A stretch of DNA of 64,000 nt, taken from positions 64,001 through 128,000 of IMG/VR virus record IMGVR_UViG_3300025723_000017; one strand, written 5' to 3'. Under the pieces are notes generated by a model. That model saw nothing but the letters and a program-made list of their open reading frames with translations, did not search any database and had not been told where the DNA came from. Below are positions 37,314 through 46,229 of the stretch, piece after piece. This DNA comes from a virus (lineage: Duplodnaviria; Caudoviricetes). Both the position numbers and the translations under genes were made by a program. Each line of letters begins with the position of its first letter. The stretch's first letter is position 1.

Positions 37314-37517
37314 TCAATACAGAGATTCTAGAGCCATTTCCTGTGCTACGTCTGGGTACTCTTCACTGAGCTCGTCTAACTCGTCAGCAGTGAGTGAGGT
37401 ACCATCCATAAAGGCGGCATAGCTAAAGTAAGTATCAACAAAGTCAGGATAATCTTTGGTATCGACACCATCAACCTCTAAACTATTGCGATCTACTTCG
37501 CGTCCGTTTATTTGCAT
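37314..37517 (-). CDS. Small acidic early protein
   Basis: DGVDTKDYPDFVD...LTADELDEL. Confidence 0.6.
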   Translation of the reverse strand: MQINGREVDRNSLEVDGVDTKDYPDFVDTYFSYAAFMDGTSLTADELDELSEEYPDVAQEMALESLY

Positions 37518-37596
37518 GTTACTGCTCCTGTAGGTTTACTTAACTAGATTATACTGGATATTGACGAACTAGTCAATGGGGCTTGCGCCCCATTGT

Positions 37597-37860
37597 TTAG
37601 GAAAACTCGTAAATGTTAACTGTGGGGTCCAGTGCCAACAATTCCTTGGCTGCTGCCATTAAGAATCGATATCTGCGAGCTACTTCTGCACGGGGCAACT
37701 CGCCATCGCATGTCAAGTTTTCTGGACTCAACTGTGAATCAATAATCCCTGCAATTCTCTGACGATCCTGTGCATTCTGCAAGCTGAGTTGTGGACGATT
37801 AAATGCGCTAGCAAATGCATTTTCTTTGTCTACTAAAGCAGTGAGTTTGGTAACTTTCAT
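37597..37860 (-). CDS. Early hypothetical protein
   Basis: LSPENLTCDGEL motif; hairpin terminator at 37574-37595. Confidence 0.65.
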   Translation of the reverse strand: MKVTKLTALVDKENAFASAFNRPQLSLQNAQDRQRIAGIIDSQLSPENLTCDGELPRAEVARRYRFLMAAAKELLALDPTVNIYEFS

Positions 37861-37914
37861 TTAGTTCTCCGTTTGTTTACTGTACTGCTATTATACTCGA
37901 TATTGGCGGAAATG

Positions 37915-38310
37915 TCAATCGGCATCCATGACCAGTCGGCCGTAAGTCTTGTAAAACCAGCTAAATTCAGATAACTTACCAGGATTATACCAAGGTAGAT
38001 ATTGCATGGATCCCAATTTCATCAAGGCCACGGGAAACAATGAGTCAGCTACCTTGGGAGGAATACTGCGCAATAGTGCTTCATATTCAACGGAACTTAG
38101 TCGTTTCCAATGACGCATAATGTTTGACGCATCTTCCTGAATTTTGTCAGTCGTAGACTCGGGAGCAGGAAAATTCTCCCTGCAGTACTTCAACAGGGCA
38201 TTAATTTTCGGATATAATTCTGGGCCGTCATCGACACCACGGCAGTCATCCAACAACTGCAATGCAGTAGTATATCGTATATTATTGTCGAGAGTTTGAT
38301 CGCTGTTCAT
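37915..38310 (-). CDS. Early protein, paralogue of 40699 without the signal peptide
   Basis: Shared ALLKYCRENFPAPEST and RSIPPKVADSLFPVALMKLG. Confidence 0.65.
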   Translation of the reverse strand: MNSDQTLDNNIRYTTALQLLDDCRGVDDGPELYPKINALLKYCRENFPAPESTTDKIQEDASNIMRHWKRLSSVEYEALLRSIPPKVADSLFPVALMKLGSMQYLPWYNPGKLSEFSWFYKTYGRLVMDAD

Positions 38311-38315
38311 TTATT

Positions 38316-38717
38316 TTACTTAGCCTTTGCTTTGGTGACAACGTATCCTGAAGTCTGTAGGTATCGGACCATGTGATTTATTGTCTGCTCTTCTGCGGCC
38401 TCTACATTAGACGTATATAGGTCGTGTTCAACCTGGTCGCATGCGGATACAAATTTGGCAAGTTGAGGAATGAGCATGGATTCTAACGTGGCATAGACTA
38501 TATCACCCCACTCGCCCATGGCCATTTCCGTTAAATTTTTAGTGAATTCGGCCACGAACTTTTCGTCTGCATAGATGGATTTGGCCAACTTGCCGGCCGC
38601 AGGCACCTTGGCCTTTTTTAGGGCTTCGTCAGCGAAATTATCATGCAACGTATTCCTGATGTGTGAAGCAAGTAGGTCAGTGACGAATTTGTCTTTGATG
38701 GTGATGGTGATTGGCAT
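38316..38717 (-). CDS. Early hypothetical protein
   Basis: Cassette promoter upstream. Confidence 0.6.
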   Translation of the reverse strand: MPITITIKDKFVTDLLASHIRNTLHDNFADEALKKAKVPAAGKLAKSIYADEKFVAEFTKNLTEMAMGEWGDIVYATLESMLIPQLAKFVSACDQVEHDLYTSNVEAAEEQTINHMVRYLQTSGYVVTKAKAK

Positions 38718-38779
38718 TTTTAGATCCCGTAAGTTGTGATATATGTATTATACTCGATATTGATTCAACAGTCAAGTAT

Positions 38780-39052
38780 TTAGACTGCGGTTTCGACCTT
38801 GCGACCTCGAGGTTTGAGACGATCAATTTCGCTTTGCAATGCCAATACTATCTCAGCGTTGCCACAATCAAAGTTATTTGACAACAGGTACTGACAGGCT
38901 GTGTCTTTGTTCATTGGCGCTGGTAATTCAATAAGGGCAATGTCTTTGTGTCCGGCACGTTCAAGCACGCGAGCGCGGTCCAGTGAGTTAGCGAAACGTG
39001 CGGTTAATCCAGTGGTTCTACGGCTTACACCAGCGACTTTGAAAAGTTTCAT
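38780..39052 (-). CDS. Early hypothetical protein
   Basis: MKLFKVAGVS...RFAN...GHKDIALIELP..M.K; GGAG RBS. Confidence 0.6.
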   Translation of the reverse strand: MKLFKVAGVSRRTTGLTARFANSLDRARVLERAGHKDIALIELPAPMNKDTACQYLLSNNFDCGNAEIVLALQSEIDRLKPRGRKVETAV

Positions 39053-39119
39053 ATACTGCTCCATGAGAAAAAAAATTAATAATGAGAAACCACAATCAAT
39101 GGGGCTTTCGCCCCATTGT

Positions 39120-39407
39120 TTATACAGCGTCTTCGACAATCGACAGCATATTGGCTGGCACTTTCCAAAGTCCGTCTATGGTCTTAACCGTTACAAACTT
39201 CTGTGCAATCTTAGTCACATGGCCAGTGATGTTTCTGCCAGTGCGGCTGCTGGTAAAGTTCACGTTCACGCCCAGCGAAAGTTCACGCTTGACATCCTTG
39301 ACCAACTCACTACGAGCATACCTAATAGCTTCTGACAGTAAGTTTAATTCGTCGTTGTTAAAGTTACTGAATTGAATAGCATAGCGAACTTCTTGTAATG
39401 TCTTCAT
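39120..39407 (-). CDS. Early hypothetical protein (SH3-like C-terminus)
   Basis: GHVTKIAQK...WKVPANML. Confidence 0.6.
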   Translation of the reverse strand: MKTLQEVRYAIQFSNFNNDELNLLSEAIRYARSELVKDVKRELSLGVNVNFTSSRTGRNITGHVTKIAQKFVTVKTIDGLWKVPANMLSIVEDAV

Positions 39408-39454
39408 CTTCAACTCCGTTGTGTTAGTGTATAACTATTATAACCAAAATTGAA

Positions 39455-39910
39455 TCAATTGTCAACCAGTTCAGCTTGCAAGTCTGGACCCAGCTCAACA
39501 AAATCGCGACCATAAGAACGATAGTACCATACGCCATCGTTGCGCAGGATGTAATCAAATTCCTTACTGCGCCCGGAGATTTTATACATGCCAAAGTCCC
39601 AATAACTCTGGGCTTGACACTTTGTCTCACCACGATCACGAGCGTAAAACGTAGTCATTTTGTCGTATAACCGATCATACTCCCGTAAGTCCATGCCTGC
39701 CTCGGCGGCACTGAACGGATGCTGAACCCCAATCGTCGGGGCTAGGCTGCTGATGTCGCCCAGATCAATAAGCTGGCGCAATTGAGTAGGGTCCGAGTAA
39801 TGATCCCGCAATAGCCGCCCATTAAAACTCAAATAGCCATCCCAGTGGCAGTACACTTGTTTAACTGTACCGTCTGCGAGTTCGATTGCGATAGTTGACC
39901 GTGTTGCCAT
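39455..39910 (-). CDS. Conserved hypothetical phage protein
   Basis: MATRSTI...VYCHWDGY; ends VDN* inside the next -35 box. Confidence 0.7.
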   Translation of the reverse strand: MATRSTIAIELADGTVKQVYCHWDGYLSFNGRLLRDHYSDPTQLRQLIDLGDISSLAPTIGVQHPFSAAEAGMDLREYDRLYDKMTTFYARDRGETKCQAQSYWDFGMYKISGRSKEFDYILRNDGVWYYRSYGRDFVELGPDLQAELVDN

Positions 39911-39981
39911 TTGTTACTCCTGTAGGTTTACTGTACTGCTATTATAACCGAAAACGACGTAATTGTCTAGTGATATTTTCA

Positions 39982-40206
39982 CTAGCAATAAAACGACTCG
40001 TCTCTTTCTTCTGCACCAATCGCCGTATATACAGCTTCCCGAACCGCTGTATCCAGGGCCTCGGCCCGACCGGGTTGCTGTGCCAACTTCTCCAGGAGTT
40101 TATAAGTTTCGTACCAGGAAAGCCGCTGAGCTAGACTCAGCGAAACAATATTGCCCACTGCTAGATTACCCTCTGGGGTGTACATTTCGTAATCTTTTGT
40201 ATCCAT
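39982..40206 (-). CDS. Early hypothetical protein
   Basis: Cassette promoter/RBS; EALDTAVRE. Confidence 0.6.
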   Translation of the reverse strand: MDTKDYEMYTPEGNLAVGNIVSLSLAQRLSWYETYKLLEKLAQQPGRAEALDTAVREAVYTAIGAEERDESFYC

Positions 40207-40272
40207 TTCGTTTACTCCCGGTGTGTTTACTGTACCAGTATTATAACCGATAACGATTTATTTGTCAAGCCG

Positions 40273-40470
40273 TTATTCAATAATCAATATAGGATGATCA
40301 AGGTCCAGTGTGTCAAGCATCACTTCGAGATGTTCGTCACAGTTAAGAATCATACCCGCAACAGGTATGGTTTCATCAATAATACTGTTATATACCGTTA
40401 CGTTTGAGTCTAACTGCTCTTCTGAGAGTGTTGAGATCCACTGGGCTAACTCTCGATAAGTTGGTGTCAT
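40273..40470 (-). CDS. Early hypothetical protein
   Basis: AAGGAG RBS. Confidence 0.55.
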   Translation of the reverse strand: MTPTYRELAQWISTLSEEQLDSNVTVYNSIIDETIPVAGMILNCDEHLEVMLDTLDLDHPILIIE

Positions 40471-40482
40471 TTCGTTTACTCC

Positions 40483-40644
40483 TTAGTATGCAATTTTGTG
40501 AACATTTTCATTTTTGCCGACATAAAATGTTCGGCCATTCATTAACATTCGCGCAGTACGGGTTGACTGTTTGCGGTAGTCGTTGCCGTTCAAGTGGAAC
40601 AATTGTCCTATTTTAAGTTCTGCAAATAGCCAAGTATTGTACAT
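40483..40644 (-). CDS. Small early protein (53 aa)
   Basis: MYNTWLFAELKIGQLF...; cassette promoter/RBS. Confidence 0.55.
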   Translation of the reverse strand: MYNTWLFAELKIGQLFHLNGNDYRKQSTRTARMLMNGRTFYVGKNENVHKIAY

Positions 40645-40698
40645 CTCTGCTCCCGTTTGTTTACTATACTGCTATTATAACCGAAAACGATTTAATTG

Positions 40699-41145
40699 TC
40701 AATAGGCATCTAGGACCAGTTGGCAGTAAGTCTTGGCAAACCAGCCAAATTCAGATAACTTACAGGGGTCAATAAGATCAGCTAGTTGATAATGAGCTAA
40801 GCCCAATTTCATCAAGGCCACGGGAAACAGTGAGTCAGCTACTTTGGGAGGAATACTGCGAAGGAATGCTTCATGTTCAATTGAACTCAACTCCCCTCGT
40901 TTCAGGATGTTCCGCATATCTTCCCGAAGATCGAGTGTAGACTCGGGAGCAGGAAAATTCTCCCTGCAGTACTTCAACAGGGCATCAACCCGTGTATGGA
41001 CTTCTGCGACGTCATCGATGCCTCGGCAGTTATCCAACAACTGCAAGGCAGTATGATATCGTGTGGGAATTCCTGCATTGGCGGCACCAACACTGGCGGC
41101 TGCGGCCAGTGCCATAATACTGCCAAGAAAATGTCTGCGATCCAT
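40699..41145 (-). CDS. Twin-arginine (Tat) signal protein
   Basis: MDRRHFLGSIMALAAAASVGAANA signal. Confidence 0.65.
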   Translation of the reverse strand: MDRRHFLGSIMALAAAASVGAANAGIPTRYHTALQLLDNCRGIDDVAEVHTRVDALLKYCRENFPAPESTLDLREDMRNILKRGELSSIEHEAFLRSIPPKVADSLFPVALMKLGLAHYQLADLIDPCKLSEFGWFAKTYCQLVLDAY

Positions 41146-41193
41146 TTACTGCTCCTGTTGGTTTAATGTACTGCTATTATAACCAAAATTGAA

Positions 41194-41406
41194 TCAATTG
41201 TCAAATGATTCTTCGCCAATTTCTGTCACCGTCTCGTCAACGACTTGAACCCCAATGATGCGATATGTTTGCGTCAGGTCACTGACGCCAACAAACGCCT
41301 CTGTAAAGTCTTGGTCCCTGGCAAGGAAGTTCAATACTGCCTGTTTATCTGCACCTTCGGGAACTTCAATTTCTTGACGAATTACTGTGGTGACGTATGC
41401 TTTCAT
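41194..41406 (-). CDS. Early hypothetical protein
   Basis: Ends FDN* in the -35 box. Confidence 0.6.
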   Translation of the reverse strand: MKAYVTTVIRQEIEVPEGADKQAVLNFLARDQDFTEAFVGVSDLTQTYRIIGVQVVDETVTEIGEESFDN

Positions 41407-41514
41407 TATTGACTCCTGTGTGTTTACTCAACTGCTATTATAACCAGAATTGACGGAAATGTCAAGTGTTGGTGACGGGAACGTGCATTATACTCGCACC
41501 CGCCACCCCTAGCC

Positions 41515-41850
41515 TTAGTCTGCTCTGCTTCCGCTGTAGGCTTTAAGTCCCAGTCGTTCGCGCAATATCTCCGCGCAGGCATCTGCACCTACTTCTTTAA
41601 TGTCCATGCTTTGTGTTGGCAAACCGCTGGGGTTCCACAATTGTAACCCACCGCCATAGGCTTTGCTAAACCCGTATCGGGCCAACAGTTTACCCAGCTT
41701 GCTATTACTGCGCACGCCATAGACTGTACACCATGCAAACCCACAATAAGCAGGCTCGCCATGCTGTGCCAAATAAGCCCGGGCACGTTGCTGGGCAGTT
41801 TCAATGGATTCTTTAATAACAATTTCTGCTACTGCGAGATCTTCAACCAT
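41515..41850 (-). CDS. Conserved hypothetical phage protein (CGFAW motif)
   Basis: YCGFAW...QSMDIKE.GA.A. Confidence 0.65.
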   Translation of the reverse strand: MVEDLAVAEIVIKESIETAQQRARAYLAQHGEPAYCGFAWCTVYGVRSNSKLGKLLARYGFSKAYGGGLQLWNPSGLPTQSMDIKEVGADACAEILRERLGLKAYSGSRAD

Positions 41851-41905
41851 CTTCAACTCCTGTTTGTTTACTGTACTGCTATTATAACCAAAATTGAATC
41901 AATTG

Positions 41906-42094
41906 TCAAGCCTGGGGTAACAGTGCTCCATCGACGGCATCACGTAGTTGAATATAATTATTCATGACGAAGGTATATTCCTCGTCACTTAGACCAGTGG
42001 CCCGACATGCTCGTGGGTCAAACATATTCCACTTGCCCGACATCTGTACCCGACGGTAACTACTGAAATTCTTTAACTGTTTTTCTGTAAACAT
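41906..42094 (-). CDS. Early hypothetical protein
   Basis: VQMSGKWNMFDP...TGLS. Confidence 0.6.
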   Translation of the reverse strand: MFTEKQLKNFSSYRRVQMSGKWNMFDPRACRATGLSDEEYTFVMNNYIQLRDAVDGALLPQA

Positions 42095-42096
42095 GA

Positions 42097-42300
42097 TTAC
42101 TTACTCCCAACCAATAACCTTGCCAAGATTGCAATGCCCCAAGCCTGCAACCATGTGATGTCTTGTAGACCCACGATAGCATCTACTAAACAGTTATTCC
42201 ACAACGTCATTACCGGCCAACTAAGTACGAGCCCGACTGCTAACACCAGCATGACACCTAAAACGAAACCACCTAATGCTTTGTATAGTTCTTCCATCAT
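42097..42300 (-). CDS. Small membrane protein
   Basis: Hydrophobic; LWN...ITWLQAWG. Confidence 0.6.
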   Translation of the reverse strand: MMEELYKALGGFVLGVMLVLAVGLVLSWPVMTLWNNCLVDAIVGLQDITWLQAWGIAILARLLVGSK

Positions 42301-42352
42301 CGACTCCTGTAGGTTTACTCAACTGCTATTATAACCAAAATTGAATCAATTG

Positions 42353-42703
42353 TCAAGCCCGCAGATACTGATAAGGCAGGCCCAGTAGGTACTCTAGATA
42401 ACTAGCATCACCCTGCGTGTCGTTAGCCTCATGCAGCCAACGCAGGGCCATAGCGCGATCACGGGCACCTGACTCCAGTAGTGTTAGAACTGTGCGTTCG
42501 AAGCGATCTGTGGCCTCTGCTTCAGCCTGTGCCCTGTGGACCGCATTCAGGCGACAGACCTCAGCTAAGGTCTCGAACTCCTTATCGAAATCCTGCAGAG
42601 TCCAGTTCTGGGTATTACTGGCGCGAGGGCGCACACCATACGCTTCCTTATAAAAGTCCCAGTAGGTGTTCTGCGCTTCTTGCAATTGATCTAGTTCTAA
42701 CAT
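42353..42703 (-). CDS. Early hypothetical protein
   Basis: DFYKEAYGVRPR...GARDRAMALRW. Confidence 0.65.
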   Translation of the reverse strand: MLELDQLQEAQNTYWDFYKEAYGVRPRASNTQNWTLQDFDKEFETLAEVCRLNAVHRAQAEAEATDRFERTVLTLLESGARDRAMALRWLHEANDTQGDASYLEYLLGLPYQYLRA

Positions 42704-42758
42704 AGCTGGCTCCTGTTTGTTTACTCAACTGCTATTATAACCAAAATTGAATCAATTG

Positions 42759-42932
42759 TCAAGCCGTTTGTTTGACGTGATGCCTGAGGTCAGGATCCTG
42801 GCGAAGTATTTTTCTCCAGTCCCATTTAGCCTGTGTGTATGCTTCGCGGCTCAGTGTAAATGAGGGGTTCTTTGCCGTAGCCCAGTTAACGAAATTTATA
42901 CGTTCAATATGACTTCTAAATAGCACGGTCAT
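42759..42932 (-). CDS. Small early protein (57 aa)
   Basis: Cassette promoter, AGGAG RBS, stop in the next -35 box. Confidence 0.5.
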   Translation of the reverse strand: MTVLFRSHIERINFVNWATAKNPSFTLSREAYTQAKWDWRKILRQDPDLRHHVKQTA

Positions 42933-42986
42933 CTCCTGTTGTTTACTGTATAAACATTATAACGGCAATAGTGTTGATTGTCAATA

Positions 42987-43084
42987 TGGAATCCATTGTG
43001 AGTAGGCCTCGAACCTACATGTGGTGTTTATTTCCACCGGCTCCTATCCGAGCCTATGTCTACCAATTCCATCATCACGGATTC
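42987..43084 (-). tRNA. Atypical tRNA-Leu-like RNA (6-nt anticodon loop, bulged acceptor stem, ends in CCA)
   Basis: D arm ATG-GAATTGGTAGA-CAT, GGCTC-GGATAG-GAGCC, long variable arm, GTAGG-TTCGAGG-CCTAC; own promoter 43144-43172. Confidence 0.6.
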
Positions 43085-43253
43085 TTGGGGTCATGACTTC
43101 CCAATATGGACAGGGTAATTACTCCTGTTTTCGCCATATTTATATTATACTGAGGTTTGTCTTGTATGTCAAGTCACTTACTTCATCATCGTCTCCGTTA
43201 GAGGCAGTACCGCCGGTGGGGTTCTCCCCCACCTTTATGAATGGTCTAGAAGA

Positions 43254-43484
43254 TCAAGCTCCGATTGCGTAATGACGCAGTGTCTGTTGATATTGTTGAT
43301 AGTTAGCGTGTCTCTTGGCATTGCCCTGCCACGCGACTACTACTGTGCCTGAAGGCTTAATACCCCAAAATCTCCCGCGATACAGGGCGGCATTCTCACC
43401 TGTATAGACCCATTGTCCTGGCTGAAGTCGGCGCATTTCAGCTGGTGTCATACTGCCAATGTCAACTGTCGGGGTGTATTTCAT
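43254..43484 (-). CDS. Early hypothetical protein
   Basis: LQPGQWV...RGRFWG. Confidence 0.6.
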   Translation of the reverse strand: MKYTPTVDIGSMTPAEMRRLQPGQWVYTGENAALYRGRFWGIKPSGTVVVAWQGNAKRHANYQQYQQTLRHYAIGA

Positions 43485-43551
43485 TTGGGGCTCCGTAGGT
43501 TTACTGTAACTAAATTATAGCTGTAATTGGAGTAAGAGTCAAGTCCAGTGA

Positions 43552-43902
43552 TTAGGACAGTGTAAGACTGCGATTCAGCACTGCCATTACATTGTGCAGG
43601 GCCTGAGAATTAAATCCGCCCACGTGCCACTCGTATTCCTCTGTGGGTGTGCTGGGCTCTTTCCAATCATAAATCGTAGCAACTACGCCGTCGCTAAACT
43701 GAATGATCCATTCTTGTGTGACTTTATCACCGGGTCCTCTGCTGGGACCAAACACCTCAACTAGACGTTGGTATCGTGTAGTGACCGTGCCCTGCAGATG
43801 TGTTCCCGACGCAGAGGACGAGCTGACGGGTTGAAATGTTATACTGGGTTTAATTCCCAACGGGGTCATACCGGGAATAGCTGCCACTTGTGGTGTTTTC
43901 AT
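43552..43902 (-). CDS. Conserved hypothetical phage protein
   Basis: GTHLQG...DKV..EW...ATIYDWK...WHVGG. Confidence 0.65.
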   Translation of the reverse strand: MKTPQVAAIPGMTPLGIKPSITFQPVSSSSASGTHLQGTVTTRYQRLVEVFGPSRGPGDKVTQEWIIQFSDGVVATIYDWKEPSTPTEEYEWHVGGFNSQALHNVMAVLNRSLTLS

Positions 43903-44140
43903 ATCGCGCTCCTGTTCGTTTACTGTAACTAAATTATAGCTGTAATTGGACTAAATGTCAACTAATCTGCCAGAAGATTAGGGGATTGAGCTGCTTACGT
44001 TTAGTCCAGTAAGGCAAAGCCCATTCTATATTAGTTTCAATTACCAAGGGCCTGGTGCGGCCTTTAATGTATACCGTCATCACGAGGTCTGCTCCTGTTC
44101 GTTTACTGTAACTAAATTATAGCTGTAATTGGACTAAATG

Positions 44141-44551
44141 TCAAGCAGTATGCAGGTATGGTTTGTTCCACTGCCCAATGTTGACGTCCACATACCAGCC
44201 CACGCAAAAGTAGTCTGACTGGGCGTCACTGCGATCGTAATTGCCCTGGTTCATTACAGTAAAGACTTCGGTTAAAAAGTCTAAAGCCCGGCCAGTAAAG
44301 TGTTCTTGATACCAGTAGGGGTTAACCTGCAGGTACCGTATTGGAGGCTGATGCTCCTGGCGATGTTGGCTGTCCCAGCCCTGCCGTCGATCCTGACAGT
44401 TGCCGATAAAGTCAATATCTCCACTACGGATGTTGAGTACGAGGGTGCTGTGATTACGAACTGCCAACGACGCCTTGACTCTGTAGCGTCTCAAAATCTC
44501 TCGAATTTGGGGTGCAATCTCTGCTTTCTTTTGTTGGCTCATGTAGGCCAT
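44141..44551 (-). CDS. Conserved hypothetical phage protein
   Basis: MAYMSQ...YDRSDAQSDYF.VGWYVDVNIGQW. Confidence 0.65.
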   Translation of the reverse strand: MAYMSQQKKAEIAPQIREILRRYRVKASLAVRNHSTLVLNIRSGDIDFIGNCQDRRQGWDSQHRQEHQPPIRYLQVNPYWYQEHFTGRALDFLTEVFTVMNQGNYDRSDAQSDYFCVGWYVDVNIGQWNKPYLHTA

Positions 44552-44605
44552 ATTTCGCTCCAGTTGTTAACTTACCCAGTATTATACGTGATTGAGCCCC
44601 AGAGG

Positions 44606-44791
44606 TCAACCCTCCGGGGTCTCGTCTATGTCGAAGTGACAATAGTCAGTTACCCCACGATCGTATCCCGCACGGAAAGCCGATTGCTCTACTGACGTCA
44701 TGGTTTCCCACCCGTCATACTCTTCTTGTCCCACTACCCGACCCTGATAGTATCCCAAGGCATAAGCATACTCGCGTCCTGCTGTATTCAT
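44606..44791 (-). CDS. Early hypothetical protein
   Basis: YALGYYQGR...FRAGYDRG. Confidence 0.55.
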   Translation of the reverse strand: MNTAGREYAYALGYYQGRVVGQEEYDGWETMTSVEQSAFRAGYDRGVTDYCHFDIDETPEG

Positions 44792-44849
44792 AGCCGCTCC
44801 AGTTGTTTAGTGTACTGCTATTATAGCAGAGTTGACCGCCGGGGTCAAC

Positions 44850-45212
44850 TCAAAGATACTGCAAATCACTGAGAATTTCCGCAGAGGCTGCCAGTTCATA
44901 TTGTTCCATGAGATTGCTGGTAGGACTGGTACTTTGTGCAGGATAACGGCTTTTATGCAGTACACGATCCTGTAGACAATTGCCCACCTGCACTACTGTA
45001 CTGCCCTCTGCCAACGCCGTAATCACTTGATGACATACTTTGAGTCGGGCAGCAGAGGCGAACACGCGGTTGCTCCAGGTCAACGCATGTGCAGGGTCTG
45101 AGACCAGAGACCCTCTGAAGGTGTTAACGACCTCTTGATCAGAATCAATTAACCGTTGCAGTCGCTTTGATAATGACTGGGCTGTTAACTCTTTCTCTGT
45201 ATGAATTTGCAT
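44850..45212 (-). CDS. Early hypothetical protein
   Basis: Cassette promoter/RBS. Confidence 0.6.
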   Translation of the reverse strand: MQIHTEKELTAQSLSKRLQRLIDSDQEVVNTFRGSLVSDPAHALTWSNRVFASAARLKVCHQVITALAEGSTVVQVGNCLQDRVLHKSRYPAQSTSPTSNLMEQYELAASAEILSDLQYL

Positions 45213-45268
45213 TTCGCGCTCCCTAATTGTTTACTGTACTGCTATTATAGCAGAGCTTGACCTAATCG

Positions 45269-45490
45269 TCAAGCATAAAAAGTAGGATCGCAAGGTTGAA
45301 TAAAACCCAATTCTTGCTCTATTTCTTCTAACGATTCTTTTACAGTTATGACCCCACCAGTCCAATATATTTTATTGGCGCTGTATCCCTGAATGCTGTC
45401 CCTACGCAGTTTAATTGGACCGTAAAAATATTGACCATTCCAAGCATCCCGGCACTTTTCCATGTCTTTAACAGTTAGTGTAATAAACAT
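45269..45490 (-). CDS. Early hypothetical protein
   Basis: Cassette promoter/RBS; VKESLEEI. Confidence 0.6.
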   Translation of the reverse strand: MFITLTVKDMEKCRDAWNGQYFYGPIKLRRDSIQGYSANKIYWTGGVITVKESLEEIEQELGFIQPCDPTFYA

Positions 45491-45537
45491 TTCGGCTCCT
45501 GTTTGTTTACTGTAACGTTATTATAGCTGGGGTTGAA

Positions 45538-45732
45538 TTAATTGTCAACCGGCAGGGGCACTTCTAACTGACCTATCTCACGGGCCACAGTATTCAATAC
45601 CACGTACATGGCAGTCATTGCCACTGGATCATTTTTCATGATGTCATGCGCATATTCAAATGCTTCTTCCAGCGTGTCACGACTGGCAAACCAGTTACAA
45701 CGGATTCTAGCTGCTAGTTGGTCTTGTGTCAT
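45538..45732 (-). CDS. Early hypothetical protein
   Basis: Ends VDN* in the -35 box. Confidence 0.6.
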   Translation of the reverse strand: MTQDQLAARIRCNWFASRDTLEEAFEYAHDIMKNDPVAMTAMYVVLNTVAREIGQLEVPLPVDN

Positions 45733-45801
45733 TTCGGCTCCTGTTTGTTTACTGTAACGTTATTATAGCTGGGGTTGATGTAATTGTCAACCCCCTGAAA
45801 C

Positions 45802-46068
45802 TTACCGTGACCAATAAGTCTCGGAACTGGGTGACGCGAAGTAGGGAGTGTCATAACGCTCTTTAAACTCTTGGCCGCTTAACAAGTTCTTACGTGTTAC
45901 ATAAGTCTCATGCAGCTCTAGAACGAAGCCCCGGTCTGCGGGAAACACTTGATGATAATAGTCTAATACAGCACCTTCAGTAGGGGCCGACATTTCTACC
46001 TTTTGGTAAGCACGCAAACCTGACTTAGTACGTGCATCACGACGGAAAACTTCTACTGTATATTGCAT
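45802..46068 (-). CDS. Conserved hypothetical phage protein
   Basis: RKNLLSG..F.E..DTP...SPSSETYWS. Confidence 0.65.
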   Translation of the reverse strand: MQYTVEVFRRDARTKSGLRAYQKVEMSAPTEGAVLDYYHQVFPADRGFVLELHETYVTRKNLLSGQEFKERYDTPYFASPSSETYWSR

Positions 46069-46229
46069 TTCGGCTCCCAGTTGTTTAGTGTACCGTTATT
46101 ATAATTAATCCCCAGCCAATAGTCAAGACTTGACAGCAAAGACTAAATCAGTTATAATTTAACTATAATAAAGCATAGGTTCGATCAGCTAAAATCTGGG
46201 GATGCACAACACCGGCCTAATCCATTTCT

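Larger units (their letters stand above)
31656..46126 (-). repeat. Array of repeated sigma70 promoter+RBS cassettes, one per small gene
   Basis: About 35-40 copies of TTGAC[AT]-N17-TATAAT..CAGTAAACAAACAGGAG..ATG; identical CTGCTATTATAACCAAAATTGAATCAATTGTCAA at about 41172, 41876, 42323 and 42729. Confidence 0.9.
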
